Source: Alphaproteobacteria bacterium
GTDB lineage: Bacteria > Pseudomonadota > Alphaproteobacteria > UBA7887
Assembly: GCA_965216755.1 (NCBI GenBank)
Contig: CBDCGL010000011.1
Coordinates: forward strand, 704,001-768,000
DNA: 64,000 bases
Direction of reading: 5' to 3'
Shown: piece by piece, positions 1 to 10,000 of the stretch
Numbering within the stretch: position 1 is the first letter of the stretch
Layout: the number at the start of each line of letters is the position of its first letter
The notes under the pieces: generated by a model
What the model was told of the DNA's origin: nothing
What the model saw: only the letters and a program-made list of their open reading frames with translations
Database searches by the model: none
Translations under genes and position numbers: made by a program

Positions 1-915
1 AACCAAGACCTGGTCGCCGATGGCGTGACCAAGTGTGTCATTGATCACCTTGAAGCGGTCGAGATCAATCAACATCACAGCGAATGGTTCGCCGTTTTCG
101 TTTGAAGAATCTATGGCCTGCTGGGCGCGGTCGAAAAAGACATTGCGGTTCGGTAAGTCGGTCAGGGGGTCATGTTCGGCCAAATAGCGCGTTCGGCGTT
201 CGGTCTGCGTCGCGTTGCGCTCAGCCCTGTAGGCGTTGATGGTCTCGGTGGTGAGCAGCGCAATGAAAATCGCAACGGCAACCAGAAATCCCGCCAACAT
301 CCATTTGTTCATGCCGATCAGCCAACGAACGTTTCTCAGATCGCCGTCCTGCAATTGTTGACGCACCGATGCGATGTCAAGAGCAAGCTGACGCAGTGCA
401 TTGGTTGGTTCGATGAGAATGTTTTCGACGCGTTCAAGGTGCTCAAGGTTGCCGCGTAAATCTTGAGAACTGTTGATGATCGGTTCGATGCGGTCCAAAG
501 CGCCTGTCAGTATGTCCGATGCGTTTTCAATGCTAATGGCAGAACCGAGCGGAGATTGCTGGTGGTTGTGCAGCATGATTGCGTTTGCGGACCGCACACT
601 GGCCAATCGGCGTCGGACAATTTCAATCTTCGTATCATCTCGACCGGCAACGTGACGCGTCAAGTGTGACCTGAACTCTTGCAGCTCATGGTCCATTTCC
701 TGAATCGCCCACGCATCGACACGAATGTAGCGCGTTAGGCCGTTCGTCTGGCGTTCCAAGATGCTGGTTACCTGCCACGCCGCAATGGCAGCGAGAATGA
801 GAATGGCGGCAAAGAACGCGAAACGCGCGAGCCGCAAGCGTGCGCTGCGGGATTGAGGTAATGCGTCCAAACCTGGTAAGCGCAATCGACGAAATATTGT
901 AGGTGCGATGTTCAC
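1..915 (-). CDS. Membrane-anchored diguanylate cyclase (GGDEF domain), truncated by the window start
   Basis: Not in the ORF track because it has no stop in the window. Manual translation from GTG at 915 gives two hydrophobic segments, then [21 protein letters not shown]...[28 protein letters not shown], the canonical GGDEF N-terminal signature. The frame runs off position 1. Confidence 0.9.
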   Translation of the reverse strand, partial: MNIAPTIFRRLRLPGLDALPQSRSARLRLARFAFFAAILILAAIAAWQVTSILERQTNGLTRYIRVDAWAIQEMDHELQEFRSHLTRHVAGRDDTKIEIVRRRLASVRSANAIMLHNHQQSPLGSAISIENASDILTGALDRIEPIINSSQDLRGNLEHLERVENILIEPTNALRQLALDIASVRQQLQDGDLRNVRWLIGMNKWMLAGFLVAVAIFIALLTTETINAYRAERNATQTERRTRYLAEHDPLTDLPNRNVFFDRAQQAIDSSNENGEPFAVMLIDLDRFKVINDTLGHAIGDQVLV

Positions 916-929
916 GTTTACCGTCCAGA

Positions 930-2255
930 TTATTGAAGAAGCGTAATGCCGCGCTTGTAGGGTCCCGGTAGCGCGTTGCGGCAATTTGCGCTCGTTACGT
1001 CAATCGAAAGGCCGCTGTTTCCCGCAAACGTCATGTCGTTTGCGATCAAAACAGTACAGGCGTTTTCGGGTGTAATGCTATTGGTACTTTTCGATGCAAG
1101 GCTAGCGGTTGGCAGATAGATGACACCGCGCAAGAAGGCTGACGAGTTGCCGTGCCATTCGTGGAGACCAGTGTAGCGCGGGTCTTGAAAAATCAATATG
1201 CCTTCAAGGTCGCCAGATTCCGGCGCACCTAGCGAGATCGTCGAGTTCGCACCAAAATAAATAAGGCTCGTTTCACCGGTCAAAAATATGGTCACGCCAT
1301 TACCGCGAAGACCCGCGTTGTCGAGAACGTGCAAGGGACCGTCGCGGATGATATAGAGACCCGCACTCAACGTGATCTCAGATTCGCCTGCAATCTCGAG
1401 GCCCCCGCAATAGACTCCTGGCGATAATGTATCGCGCACGTCAACATAGCTGGCATTGTTCTCCAGACAGCCGCCGTATATTGGCGTTTCCAGTCCCGCC
1501 AATGGATCGTTGTGCGCGACGCAATACTCCGTCGGCTCGACAGATAAGAGCGATGCTCTGCCAACATCTGCGGTGCCGGCGACGCATATATCGTTTGTTT
1601 GAAGCTCGGTGCTGCTGGTGGCACTAAAGGCGCCAACCGCCGTTGAGTTCGCCTGCACACCGCAGCCGATGGTCTCCACGAACACATTTCCGCTGAGCGA
1701 CAAGGACGGTGCGAGAACAGGATCCAGGGCCAACACACAAGGGGGGCCACCCCGGCCAGCCACTGCGCTGATTGAAACGTCGACACCTTCTGTGCCGACG
1801 ACGGATGCGAAAAATGTCGAGGCCTGATTTCCGTTAGCACTAGCCGCGCGCGTCGTCACACGCACTGCGGTACCGTCAAAGACGCGTTCTTGGTCGCCTG
1901 CCGGCGTAAAAGTTCGCGTGTCTGAATCCCAACTGCCGATTTCGATATCGGCGGCCGTAAGCACGTTGCCGTACTTCGAGCTCGGCATGTTCTTTTCAGC
2001 GTATTCCAAGGCAATGGACCTAGCCGCATCGGCATTAGGAAGCGCTGACGCCGCCGCGAGGGCTGCCGCATCTGCGGTCATCGACAAAGACCGCTGCAAT
2101 GCCGTTGCCCTGACATAATCGACGCCGAGGGCACCGGCTGCGAAGATGACAATGAGCCCAACGGCCGAAATGGGTGCCAAGCTGCCACGCGTATCGTACG
2201 CGAAGGTGCGCAAGATATTTTGGCACCGATTGATGATGCGGCGGCGGAACGACAC
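930..2255 (-). CDS. TadG-like Flp/Tad pilus-associated protein
   Basis: N-terminal [12 protein letters not shown]...GVDY...[13 protein letters not shown] Tad motif, a DIEIGSWD segment, and a Cys-containing beta-rich C-terminal domain ([16 protein letters not shown]). Confidence 0.85.
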   Translation of the reverse strand: MSFRRRIINRCQNILRTFAYDTRGSLAPISAVGLIVIFAAGALGVDYVRATALQRSLSMTADAAALAAASALPNADAARSIALEYAEKNMPSSKYGNVLTAADIEIGSWDSDTRTFTPAGDQERVFDGTAVRVTTRAASANGNQASTFFASVVGTEGVDVSISAVAGRGGPPCVLALDPVLAPSLSLSGNVFVETIGCGVQANSTAVGAFSATSSTELQTNDICVAGTADVGRASLLSVEPTEYCVAHNDPLAGLETPIYGGCLENNASYVDVRDTLSPGVYCGGLEIAGESEITLSAGLYIIRDGPLHVLDNAGLRGNGVTIFLTGETSLIYFGANSTISLGAPESGDLEGILIFQDPRYTGLHEWHGNSSAFLRGVIYLPTASLASKSTNSITPENACTVLIANDMTFAGNSGLSIDVTSANCRNALPGPYKRGITLLQ

Positions 2256-2262
2256 GGCGGTA

Positions 2263-2715
2263 CTATTCCTTCACCATGGTGCCGGATGCGGCCAAGACCA
2301 GCGTGTCGTCGTCGAGGATCCCTTTCATATTGAACAAGGTGACCTCGCTCACCGGGACCCGCAGATCGACCGTTATGTCAAATCGGCCGGAACGCAGCTC
2401 GATCTCTTCGATGTTAACCTTTAGCGACGTTTCGCTGAGGCTCGGGAGCTGCTCGAATATGAACTCTTTGGTTTCGCCTTCGGTCATGGCGTCCATGGCC
2501 AGCCGACGCACAGCCGTTTGGGCAGTGGACGCCATTTGCGCCTGAATCTGAAAGGCGTGGGCGAACTCGACAATGCCGCCCAAGAGCGTAATCAAAATCG
2601 GCGCGATGACAGCAAATTCGACCGCGCTTGTGCCGCGCTGATCCGCCGCGAAAACGCGCGTTAATTTGCGCCCAAAGTTAGGCAAGCATCTAAGGATTTG
2701 GGTCGTCGCCGACAT
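2263..2715 (-). CDS. TadE-family pseudopilin
   Basis: Prepilin motif RGTSAVEFAVIAPILITLLGGIVEF. Start could be ATG 2715 or 2748. Confidence 0.85.
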   Translation of the reverse strand: MSATTQILRCLPNFGRKLTRVFAADQRGTSAVEFAVIAPILITLLGGIVEFAHAFQIQAQMASTAQTAVRRLAMDAMTEGETKEFIFEQLPSLSETSLKVNIEEIELRSGRFDITVDLRVPVSEVTLFNMKGILDDDTLVLAASGTMVKE

Positions 2716-2832
2716 GTGCGTTGTTCTGCCTCTTGCGTTCGCTCCCAACGCTCACTTCCCTGGCAGAATCTTTGTCGTTATTTGCGGGAAATTATCAGGA
2801 CTCGGCCGAACCGCCATGGTTCGATCGGCCTA

Positions 2833-2906
2833 TGTGACGTTGAACACGCCACATGCGTGACGGCTGTCACCTGAATGAGGCAAACCGCATGTGACGGCCG
2901 TCACAT
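2833..2906. promoter_or_regulatory. Three tandem CRP-type boxes (TGTGA-N6-TCACA)
   Basis: Perfect 18-bp palindrome ATGTGACGGCCGTCACAT at 2889-2906; CGTGA-cggctg-TCACC at 2856-2871; TGTGA-cgttga-ACACG at 2833-2848. Confidence 0.6.
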
Positions 2907-3130
2907 TTCTTGCCATTTGCCCAACAAAATCCACAACCTAGGGCAGAATTGGGAAGTTGCCGGCAACCCAAAATCGATTGTGCCTGTGGGGTCTGAGCCC
3001 AAACACGTCACAGCGGCAAATCCTGATGTCACATATGTACTTATGTGGTTCATGTTCTTGATCGAGATTATCGATCGGCGCTGCCGACCTCTGCACCCTT
3101 GAGGCCGAAAGAAGAGGCAAGGGGAGAGCA

Positions 3131-3715
3131 ATGGCGCGAAATGTGACAATCATCGACGGGCATCCAGATACCGATCAACATCGACTATGCCATGCCCTCG
3201 CGGCCGCCTATGAAGAGGGGGCCCGTGCTGGTGCTCATGCCGTCAGACGGATCGACATTGCCACACTCGAGTTCTCAATCCTGCGATCCCAGTCAGAGTT
3301 TGAAGGCAAGCCAGTTGCGCCGGATATCGCCCGGGCCCAAGACGCGATCCGTTGGGCCGACCATGTCGTGATTATCTACCCCCTGTGGCTCGGCACGATG
3401 CCGGCCTTGCTGAAGGCGTTTATCGAGCAGACCTTTCGTCCGAATTTCGGATTTGATTACGGCAGTGGCAAGTGGCCCAAGCCTGGTCTCAAGGGGCGGT
3501 CGGCGCATGTGGTGATCACTATGGGCATGCCGGCCTTTGCGTATCGCTGGTTCTTCGGCGCGCATAGCTTGAAAAGCCTTGAGCGAAATATCCTCAGGTT
3601 TTGTGGCTTCAAGCCTGTCCGCGATACGATCTTTGGCATGGTCGAGGGGGGCAGCAATGCCAAACGGGCTGGTTGGTTGGACCGCATGCGTGGCTATGGA
3701 CGGATGGCGAAATAG
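3131..3715 (+). CDS. Flavodoxin-fold NAD(P)H dehydrogenase (quinone), MdaB/KefF family
   Basis: IIDGHP, WADHVVIIYPLWLGTMPALLKAFIEQTF and ITMG motifs; GGAGAG RBS. Confidence 0.9.
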   Translation: MARNVTIIDGHPDTDQHRLCHALAAAYEEGARAGAHAVRRIDIATLEFSILRSQSEFEGKPVAPDIARAQDAIRWADHVVIIYPLWLGTMPALLKAFIEQTFRPNFGFDYGSGKWPKPGLKGRSAHVVITMGMPAFAYRWFFGAHSLKSLERNILRFCGFKPVRDTIFGMVEGGSNAKRAGWLDRMRGYGRMAK

Positions 3716-3793
3716 AGGTGACTTCGCGGGACCGTCGCAATCTGAAATAATGGGCCGGACGGTTTCGGTTTGGGCAACGCGGAGGACGCGGAA

Positions 3794-4516
3794 ATGAGTC
3801 TCAACGGCATCAAGGCGCTGACATTCGATACCGGTGGCACGATCCTGGATTGGCATACCGGTTTTCGCAAAGCCCTGGCTCAAACAGGTGCAAAATACGG
3901 CCTCGATAAGGATTGGGCCGGGCTGACCAACGAAGTACGTCGGCGCGCCCTGAAGCGGATGCTCAATCTCGGCGAGCACGAACCGCCCGCGTACAATTTC
4001 GACGGTGCGCACAGGGCCGCACTCGACGAAGTGATCTCCGAGAATGGCTTGGGCCAATTCACCGATGCTGATCGTCGCGAGATTTGGTGGGACACCGCAC
4101 ACAATTTCCAATGTTGGGCGGATTTCCCTGCGGTGCTGCCACGTCTGCGTGACCAGTATATTTGCGCATCGTTCACACTTCTCAGTTTTCGCCTGATCAT
4201 CGATACGGCCCGGCGCAATGGCCTCAGTTGGGATGCGGTTATTTCATGTGAGGCTATCGGCAAATACAAACTGCTGCCCGAGGCCTATGAAACCGCAGCC
4301 AGATTCCTGCAGTTGGAGCCTGGAGAATGCTGCATGGTCGCGTGCCACAATTTTGACCTGGATGCCGCCAAGAAGGTCGGATTCAAGACCGCTTTTGTAA
4401 GCCGCCCGGATGAATGGGGTGCCGAAGGACCGCCTGACCCGGAACCCAATCCAGAACACGACATTATCGTCGACACCTTCCCCGAACTCGCAAGGGCCCT
4501 GGGTGTGCTAGTCTAG
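3794..4516 (+). CDS. Haloacid dehalogenase type II-like HAD hydrolase
   Basis: KALTFDTGGTILDW motif I, YK, MVACHNFDL, FVSRPDEWG; GGAGG upstream of ATG 3794. Confidence 0.85.
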   Translation: MSLNGIKALTFDTGGTILDWHTGFRKALAQTGAKYGLDKDWAGLTNEVRRRALKRMLNLGEHEPPAYNFDGAHRAALDEVISENGLGQFTDADRREIWWDTAHNFQCWADFPAVLPRLRDQYICASFTLLSFRLIIDTARRNGLSWDAVISCEAIGKYKLLPEAYETAARFLQLEPGECCMVACHNFDLDAAKKVGFKTAFVSRPDEWGAEGPPDPEPNPEHDIIVDTFPELARALGVLV

Positions 4517-4615
4517 AGTGTCTGAAGTGCGTCCGAACCTGCGCGTTTCATTACCTCGCCAACTATCTATAACCTATCTCAAACCTGATCGGACCATGAA
4601 CAATTTCGGATCACC

Positions 4616-6910
4616 TTAGGAGTCCGAAATCGTGAAAACGGTATCGTTGAGGACCGGATCATGGGCAACGGCGACCTCGTTGTCGATCAGCGTGCCACAA
4701 CCAGGGCAGAAAAACTGGCGGAACAGCACCGCGTCGTCGATAAAAAGTGCAGGATCGCCGACCAAGGAATTGGCGCAATCGACGGGGTTGTCCTCGCGCG
4801 CGCAGCCGAGCTTGTAGCTTGCCGTGATCGGCCCCAAATCGGTGTTGCACTTGGCGCAGCACCAATAGGTCGATGATTCGTCGCGTCTTATAGAAAGGTA
4901 TGGACTTGCCTCGATTAGCAGGTCGCCCTCGCGTTGGCGCGCGTCTCCACCGTGCCCAGCCACACGTTTGGCGCGGATCGCCGCACGATTCTCTGCCGTG
5001 GCGGCCGGATCGACACAGCCCGTTTCCGAATCGACGATTGCGCCATAAATCGCGCGGGCGGCCTCCACCGTTATGGCATGTTCGTTAAGATCATGTTGGA
5101 TGTCCGCCGGTGCTCGATCCATGGGGTCGCCGAATCCGCCGCCGCCAGTCCAGCGCACAGCATAAACGTCGGACGCAGTTTGTCGGAAATTCTCTTGGCG
5201 CGGCTGTAATGTTACGAAATCGCCATCTATTTCGCTACAGTCATTAGGCATGCGACTATTTGCAATTCGTGTTTGAATGTCGCTGCGGTGGATAAACGTG
5301 TACGCGTTTGTCGTCGATGGATAGCCACCCATCATTCCCGTCGAGGTTGGTATCGCGTTTCCTGACGACAATGTGTCGTGCGTCACGGTCTCCGTATTGT
5401 GGGCAATGAAGCAGCTCTCCGCCGAAAGTCCGCCGCGATATTTTCCGGCCCCGCCGGAGTCGGGCAATTCCTTGCGGTATAAGAACAAGATCGGGAAGTT
5501 TTGCTCAGTATGTTCCACATTCGGTAGCTGGCAAATGGGTGTGCGTGCTTGTCCCCCGGTGTTGATCCCATCCGCCTGAGAAAACGCGCCGATCGCCCCA
5601 CCAATGGGATCGATCAGCAAATAACCGTAGCGATCGCCCCATTGATCGATGCCGCGGAAAATTGTTGCCGGCCATTGGCTGGTGCCACCAATGCACATGA
5701 TATCCTTGCGCATGGTCTTGTCCGGATAGATCATTTTGGAGATCACGTTGTAGGCCGGATACAACGAAATTTCCATGGCTTGGGTCGGGGCCGTCGACAC
5801 CGACGCTGGGAAATTGGCACAATTAAATGTGCCGGGCGAGGGATCGAACACGATGTGCCGGAGCGCGCCACCAACCGCGAAATATTGATCCCAGCACAAC
5901 AATTCATTGATCGCAACGAGGACCGAACCGCGCCAGCCGGAATAGGTGGCGTTCATGGCCCCATCTTGATCCGCCGTGCCTTCATTCTCGAACACCAAAG
6001 TTCGACCGGACTTTCGCAGGCCGATCATAACTCTGTGGGTACGGCGGTCGCCTGGCCGGCACGCCTCGACATACGTGCGATCCAGCCAATAGCCATCCGG
6101 CAGCGTGTCCATTTTTCTCAAGAATGCGGCTTCGGCGTTGTCGATAATGCGTTTCATGACGCCTTTGACCGTCGCCGGGCCATAGCGTCGTATAAGATCA
6201 AGAATCCGGTCCCGCGCAGTCACATTGCCGGCCATCTGGGCACGGAAATCCAAGGCCACCATGTCCGGCTTGCGCGATGATCGCAAATAGACGTCTTCGA
6301 TATCGCGGCGGATTTCATTGCCTTCGATGATCTTGATAGGTGGGATCAAGATCCCCTCATCGAACGCGTCTTCGGCGGCGGGGCAGAAACTACCGGGCGT
6401 TATGCCGCCAATGTCATATTGGTGCAAACAATTCGTTACCCAACAGAACAATTCGTCTTGCCAAAACACTGGGCACAGCAGCATCACATCCATTTGATGT
6501 GCCGCACCGACCCAAGGGTCGTTCGCCAGAAACATGTCGCCGTCGCGTATACCGGGATTTTCGCTCCGGTTTTCGAGGGTCCATTTGACCTGAGTATCGG
6601 TGACACCGGACATGTACTGCATGTACGGGCCGAAATAGACAAACTCCGCATCTTCGGTCAGGATCGAGGGATTGAGGTCAAGCGCATACATCGCCACCGG
6701 CGACCCCGATATGCGTTGGATTGTTGCGCCATGTTCTTCGTTGACGTGCCAGAGATTGTGGCGAATTACTTCATAGGTGATTGGGTCCACATCCGTGTCC
6801 CATGACTTGTGCAGCATGAGGGACTCTGAAACGCGGAGTTTCCCAGATGGCACATAGGGAAAATTCACACCGTCGAACGTTGTGCCCGACATTTCACTGA
6901 TGCGAGTCAT
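4616..6910 (-). CDS. Hydantoinase B/oxoprolinase family protein with C-terminal acetone-carboxylase-gamma-like Zn ribbon
   Basis: DPITYEVIRHNL, GDMFLANDPW, HQYDIGG, DSGGAGKYRGG, GGGGFGDP; C-terminal CCAKC...CPGC. Start placed at ATG 6910, next to the upstream gene's stop. Confidence 0.9.
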   Translation of the reverse strand: MTRISEMSGTTFDGVNFPYVPSGKLRVSESLMLHKSWDTDVDPITYEVIRHNLWHVNEEHGATIQRISGSPVAMYALDLNPSILTEDAEFVYFGPYMQYMSGVTDTQVKWTLENRSENPGIRDGDMFLANDPWVGAAHQMDVMLLCPVFWQDELFCWVTNCLHQYDIGGITPGSFCPAAEDAFDEGILIPPIKIIEGNEIRRDIEDVYLRSSRKPDMVALDFRAQMAGNVTARDRILDLIRRYGPATVKGVMKRIIDNAEAAFLRKMDTLPDGYWLDRTYVEACRPGDRRTHRVMIGLRKSGRTLVFENEGTADQDGAMNATYSGWRGSVLVAINELLCWDQYFAVGGALRHIVFDPSPGTFNCANFPASVSTAPTQAMEISLYPAYNVISKMIYPDKTMRKDIMCIGGTSQWPATIFRGIDQWGDRYGYLLIDPIGGAIGAFSQADGINTGGQARTPICQLPNVEHTEQNFPILFLYRKELPDSGGAGKYRGGLSAESCFIAHNTETVTHDTLSSGNAIPTSTGMMGGYPSTTNAYTFIHRSDIQTRIANSRMPNDCSEIDGDFVTLQPRQENFRQTASDVYAVRWTGGGGFGDPMDRAPADIQHDLNEHAITVEAARAIYGAIVDSETGCVDPAATAENRAAIRAKRVAGHGGDARQREGDLLIEASPYLSIRRDESSTYWCCAKCNTDLGPITASYKLGCAREDNPVDCANSLVGDPALFIDDAVLFRQFFCPGCGTLIDNEVAVAHDPVLNDTVFTISDS

Positions 6911-6911
6911 A

Positions 6912-9059
6912 TCAAGCCACTCCGGCGACGTGGTGTCGGTTGGGCTCGCCGACATCCGTGTACGCGACGACTTCGAAGTTTCCATAGGCGTCGACGCGAA
7001 AAGACTGACCGGGGTGCACAACGACAGAGGTTGCTTTCGTCTCCACCACGGCCGGGCCGTCGAGCGTATTGCCCGGCAGCAAACGATGACCGTCATAGAT
7101 GGCTGTTGACTGGCGCGTGGCGATTTCGGCCCAATAGACGAGACGAGGCGATCTAAGGGCCGCAGCCGGGATCTCTTTTGTCAGATCGCCACTGGCCTTC
7201 AGTTGTGGTTTTGTTGTCGCTGCGGACGCCCGACAACGAAACGTGACGATTTCTAGATCGGCACCAGGCAACGCGGCACCGCGACCGTAGAGCCTCTCAT
7301 ACTGTGAAACGAATGCCGTGCGCAGCGGTTCCAGATCCGTCGGCGACAGCGTCTCGCCAACCATTTCCACTTCGACTTCGTTAATTTGGCCCTTGTGGCG
7401 CATATCAAGGGAAAAACGAAAGCGCTGGTGTGACGCCGCAATGCCCTCTTCATCGAGACGGGCGCCTGTGCGTACCTTAAGTTGGCTGAGTATGTCGTTG
7501 ATGCGCGCCGGTTCAAACGGCGATGCCATGATTTCGACCTGCTCGTCGACATGAAGGATATCCGCGGCAGCGGCACCGAATGCGCACCACACGGATGCCA
7601 TCTCACGCTGCGGAATAATGACTTTGCGCACGCCCAACTCGCGGGCCGATACGCCAACATGCACCGGTCCCGCGCCGCCAAACGCAAACAGCACGAAATC
7701 CCGCGGGTCAAAACCCTTTTGGATTGTGACTTTTCGGATTAAGTCGGCCATTTGGAATTCAGCAATTTTGGCAATACCGCTGGCACAAGCGTCGAGATCC
7801 ATGCCAACCCGATCGGCGATATCCGCAATCGCGGCTTCGGCCGCCGACCGATCCAACGACATCGCGCCACCCGCGAAGTTGTCCGGATCCAAATAGCCAA
7901 GCACCAAATCCGCGTCCGTGACGGTCGGCGCGGTGCCGCCGCGGCCATAACAGACGGGTCCCGGATCCGCACCCGCGCTTTCCGGACCGACGCGCAGGGT
8001 GCCCGTGGACTCATCGATCCAAACCATGCTGCCGCCACCGCTGCCGATGGTTTGAATATCAACCTTTGGCAAGTAATACTCGTATTGATTGACCAAGCTT
8101 CGATACGAGGCAGCGGGCCTACCGTCGGCGATGATGCCGACATCGAACGACGTTCCGCCCATATCGGTGGTGATGATATTTTCGTAGCCCATGACGTGGC
8201 CGGCAAACTGCGAACCTGTGACTCCCGATACGGGACCGGAATCCAAAGTCAGTAATGGTGCTGCCATGGCACGCGCGACGGAGATCGTACCACCGGCGCA
8301 TTGTGTGATCTGCAACGGCCGGCCATAGCCGCGCTCCTTCAACAAGGTGTCAAGCGATGCCAGGTAGTGCGTTGTGGTTGGTCCGATATAGGCGTTTAGC
8401 GCAACCGCCGTGGTACGTTCGTATTCGCCCCACTTCGGCACGAGTTCGCTGGAACAGGTGACAAAAAGCGCCGGATCAATCTCCGCCACCAGGTCGCGTA
8501 TGCGCTGTTCGTTTCGCGAATCTAGGAACGACCAGAGAAAGCAGACGGCCAGCGCTTCAACCCCTTTGTCCAGCAAGCTACGAATGGCGTCCCGTGCCTC
8601 TGCTTCATTGAGATGAACGACTGTATTGCCGAAGCAATCGACTCGCTCTGAAACACCCTCGACAAAACGTTTGGGGATAATCGGGTCAGGCTTGCGGCTC
8701 TCTGGAATGTGTACAACGAGCCGGATGTCGCGCCCCGTCAGCCCCCGCGATCCACGCATGATGTGAATGACGTCATTGTGGCCTTTGGTCGTAATCAACC
8801 CGACCTTGGCACCACGCTTCTGAATGATGGCGTTGGTGCCGACAGTGGTTCCGTGGCCGAGAACTCGGATTGCACCCAACAGTTCCGACAAAGTGAGATC
8901 CAAGTCTTCTGCCGCCAATTCAAGCGCCGCGATCATGCCGTCGGCGAAGTCGGGCGGTGTCGATGGCGCCTTTGTCGTCACGGTCATGCCGTCGTCGCGG
9001 ACGACAACACAATCGGTGAAAGTCCCGCCAATATCGACCCCACACAAATAGGTGGTCAT
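6912..9059 (-). CDS. Hydantoinase A/oxoprolinase family protein (ATP-binding subunit)
   Basis: GVDIGGTFTD, HGTTVGTNA, DMGGTSFD, GPESAGADPGPVCYGRGG, AFGGAGP. Confidence 0.95.
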   Translation of the reverse strand: MTTYLCGVDIGGTFTDCVVVRDDGMTVTTKAPSTPPDFADGMIAALELAAEDLDLTLSELLGAIRVLGHGTTVGTNAIIQKRGAKVGLITTKGHNDVIHIMRGSRGLTGRDIRLVVHIPESRKPDPIIPKRFVEGVSERVDCFGNTVVHLNEAEARDAIRSLLDKGVEALAVCFLWSFLDSRNEQRIRDLVAEIDPALFVTCSSELVPKWGEYERTTAVALNAYIGPTTTHYLASLDTLLKERGYGRPLQITQCAGGTISVARAMAAPLLTLDSGPVSGVTGSQFAGHVMGYENIITTDMGGTSFDVGIIADGRPAASYRSLVNQYEYYLPKVDIQTIGSGGGSMVWIDESTGTLRVGPESAGADPGPVCYGRGGTAPTVTDADLVLGYLDPDNFAGGAMSLDRSAAEAAIADIADRVGMDLDACASGIAKIAEFQMADLIRKVTIQKGFDPRDFVLFAFGGAGPVHVGVSARELGVRKVIIPQREMASVWCAFGAAAADILHVDEQVEIMASPFEPARINDILSQLKVRTGARLDEEGIAASHQRFRFSLDMRHKGQINEVEVEMVGETLSPTDLEPLRTAFVSQYERLYGRGAALPGADLEIVTFRCRASAATTKPQLKASGDLTKEIPAAALRSPRLVYWAEIATRQSTAIYDGHRLLPGNTLDGPAVVETKATSVVVHPGQSFRVDAYGNFEVVAYTDVGEPNRHHVAGVA

Positions 9060-9159
9060 TGCACTGCTCAAGCCTCAGGCGATGGCCGCGCGAAATTTGC
9101 CCGTACAACGACACGACAACAGCTCACTGACGGCATCGATTTCCGTTTCAACTGTTATT

Positions 9160-9177
9160 ATTTATCGTTCGATAAAT
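9160..9177. promoter_or_regulatory. Putative TetR operator ATTTATC-N4-GATAAAT upstream of hydantoinase A
   Basis: Palindrome ATTTATCgttcGATAAAT with a near-identical second copy at 9983-10000; minus-strand TTGACA at 9207-9202. Confidence 0.65.
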
Positions 9178-9234
9178 TAATAGAGCAGTCTCTCAAAGTG
9201 GTGTCAAGGCCGACGGCCTTGGTCAGGGAACCGC

Positions 9235-9882
9235 TTACTTTGAACTGTTGCCAAATGTCTGCACGGTCTGTGGCAAGCCGTCGAGCATCGTGTCGACGAA
9301 TTCCTCGATCACCAAATCCAAGCGGCTTGGGACCTTCAATTGATAGATATATTTGCGAATGCCGTAATAGATGATGCCCCCGTGCAAGTTCCAAACAAGC
9401 TCAAGCTCGCGTTGGCTGATCGATGTCCGGTCCGGATCATCAACACCGTAGGCGGCGCGGGTCTCGCGGTAGATCGTCTTCAGGAGCTGGTTCTCGACGC
9501 GCTTGATGTACTTCTGGTTCGGCACGGCACCCGCGAGTCCGGAAAACATATAGATGCGCATCCATTCATAGGTAAAGATGGTCGCGGTGTAGTCCGTATA
9601 AAACTCGATCAAACGTTGCCGCAGCGGTCGCGATCGATCCTGCAGCTGCTCTTGCCATTCCTTCTTCCATGGTTTCTCAAACAACTCGTGGTAGATGCGG
9701 TCGAGCAAATGCTGCTTCGACGGAAAGTATTGGTACAAGAGCGGTTGCGTTATGCCGAGTTGTTCCGCAAGCGCGCGCGTTTGGCCGTTCAGGCCGACTT
9801 CGGCAAAAAAACGGATGGCACCCGCGATGATCTGCGCTTCACGATCATCGGGTGACAGTCGGCGGCGTCGCGATGTGCTCAC
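9235..9882 (-). CDS. TetR/AcrR family transcriptional regulator
   Basis: N-terminal HTH: IIAGAIRFFAEVG...TRALAEQLGITQPLLYQYFPSK. Confidence 0.93.
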   Translation of the reverse strand: MSTSRRRRLSPDDREAQIIAGAIRFFAEVGLNGQTRALAEQLGITQPLLYQYFPSKQHLLDRIYHELFEKPWKKEWQEQLQDRSRPLRQRLIEFYTDYTATIFTYEWMRIYMFSGLAGAVPNQKYIKRVENQLLKTIYRETRAAYGVDDPDRTSISQRELELVWNLHGGIIYYGIRKYIYQLKVPSRLDLVIEEFVDTMLDGLPQTVQTFGNSSK

Positions 9883-9956
9883 GTATCGAACTCTTCGTCA
9901 TGATGGCCGGACCAGCGGCCGGTTCCTTGGACGTCAAGACAATCCATTGAATCGTG

Positions 9957-10000
9957 TTGACCATAGGTTGGCGCCAGGTATAATTTATCAGACGATAAAT
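9957..10000 (+). promoter_or_regulatory. Sigma70-type promoter of the coxMSL-like operon overlapped by the second operator
   Basis: TTGACC (9957-9962), 16-bp spacer, TATAAT (9979-9984); operator ATTTATCagacGATAAAT at 9983-10000. Confidence 0.65.

Noticed and set aside
2878-2915. c-di-GMP-I riboswitch suggested by GGCAAACC upstream of a pilus/DGC operon
   Set aside because: No GNRA-capped P2 or receptor stem follows, and the motif is on the wrong strand for the tad operon; the DNA palindrome explains the region better.
3293-4111. 272-aa minus-strand ORF and similar long shadow ORFs (5549-6280, 32839-33615, 35808-36695, 50382-51596, 51055-51843)
   Set aside because: Antisense to well-supported genes, with no recognisable motifs; expected in GC-rich DNA.
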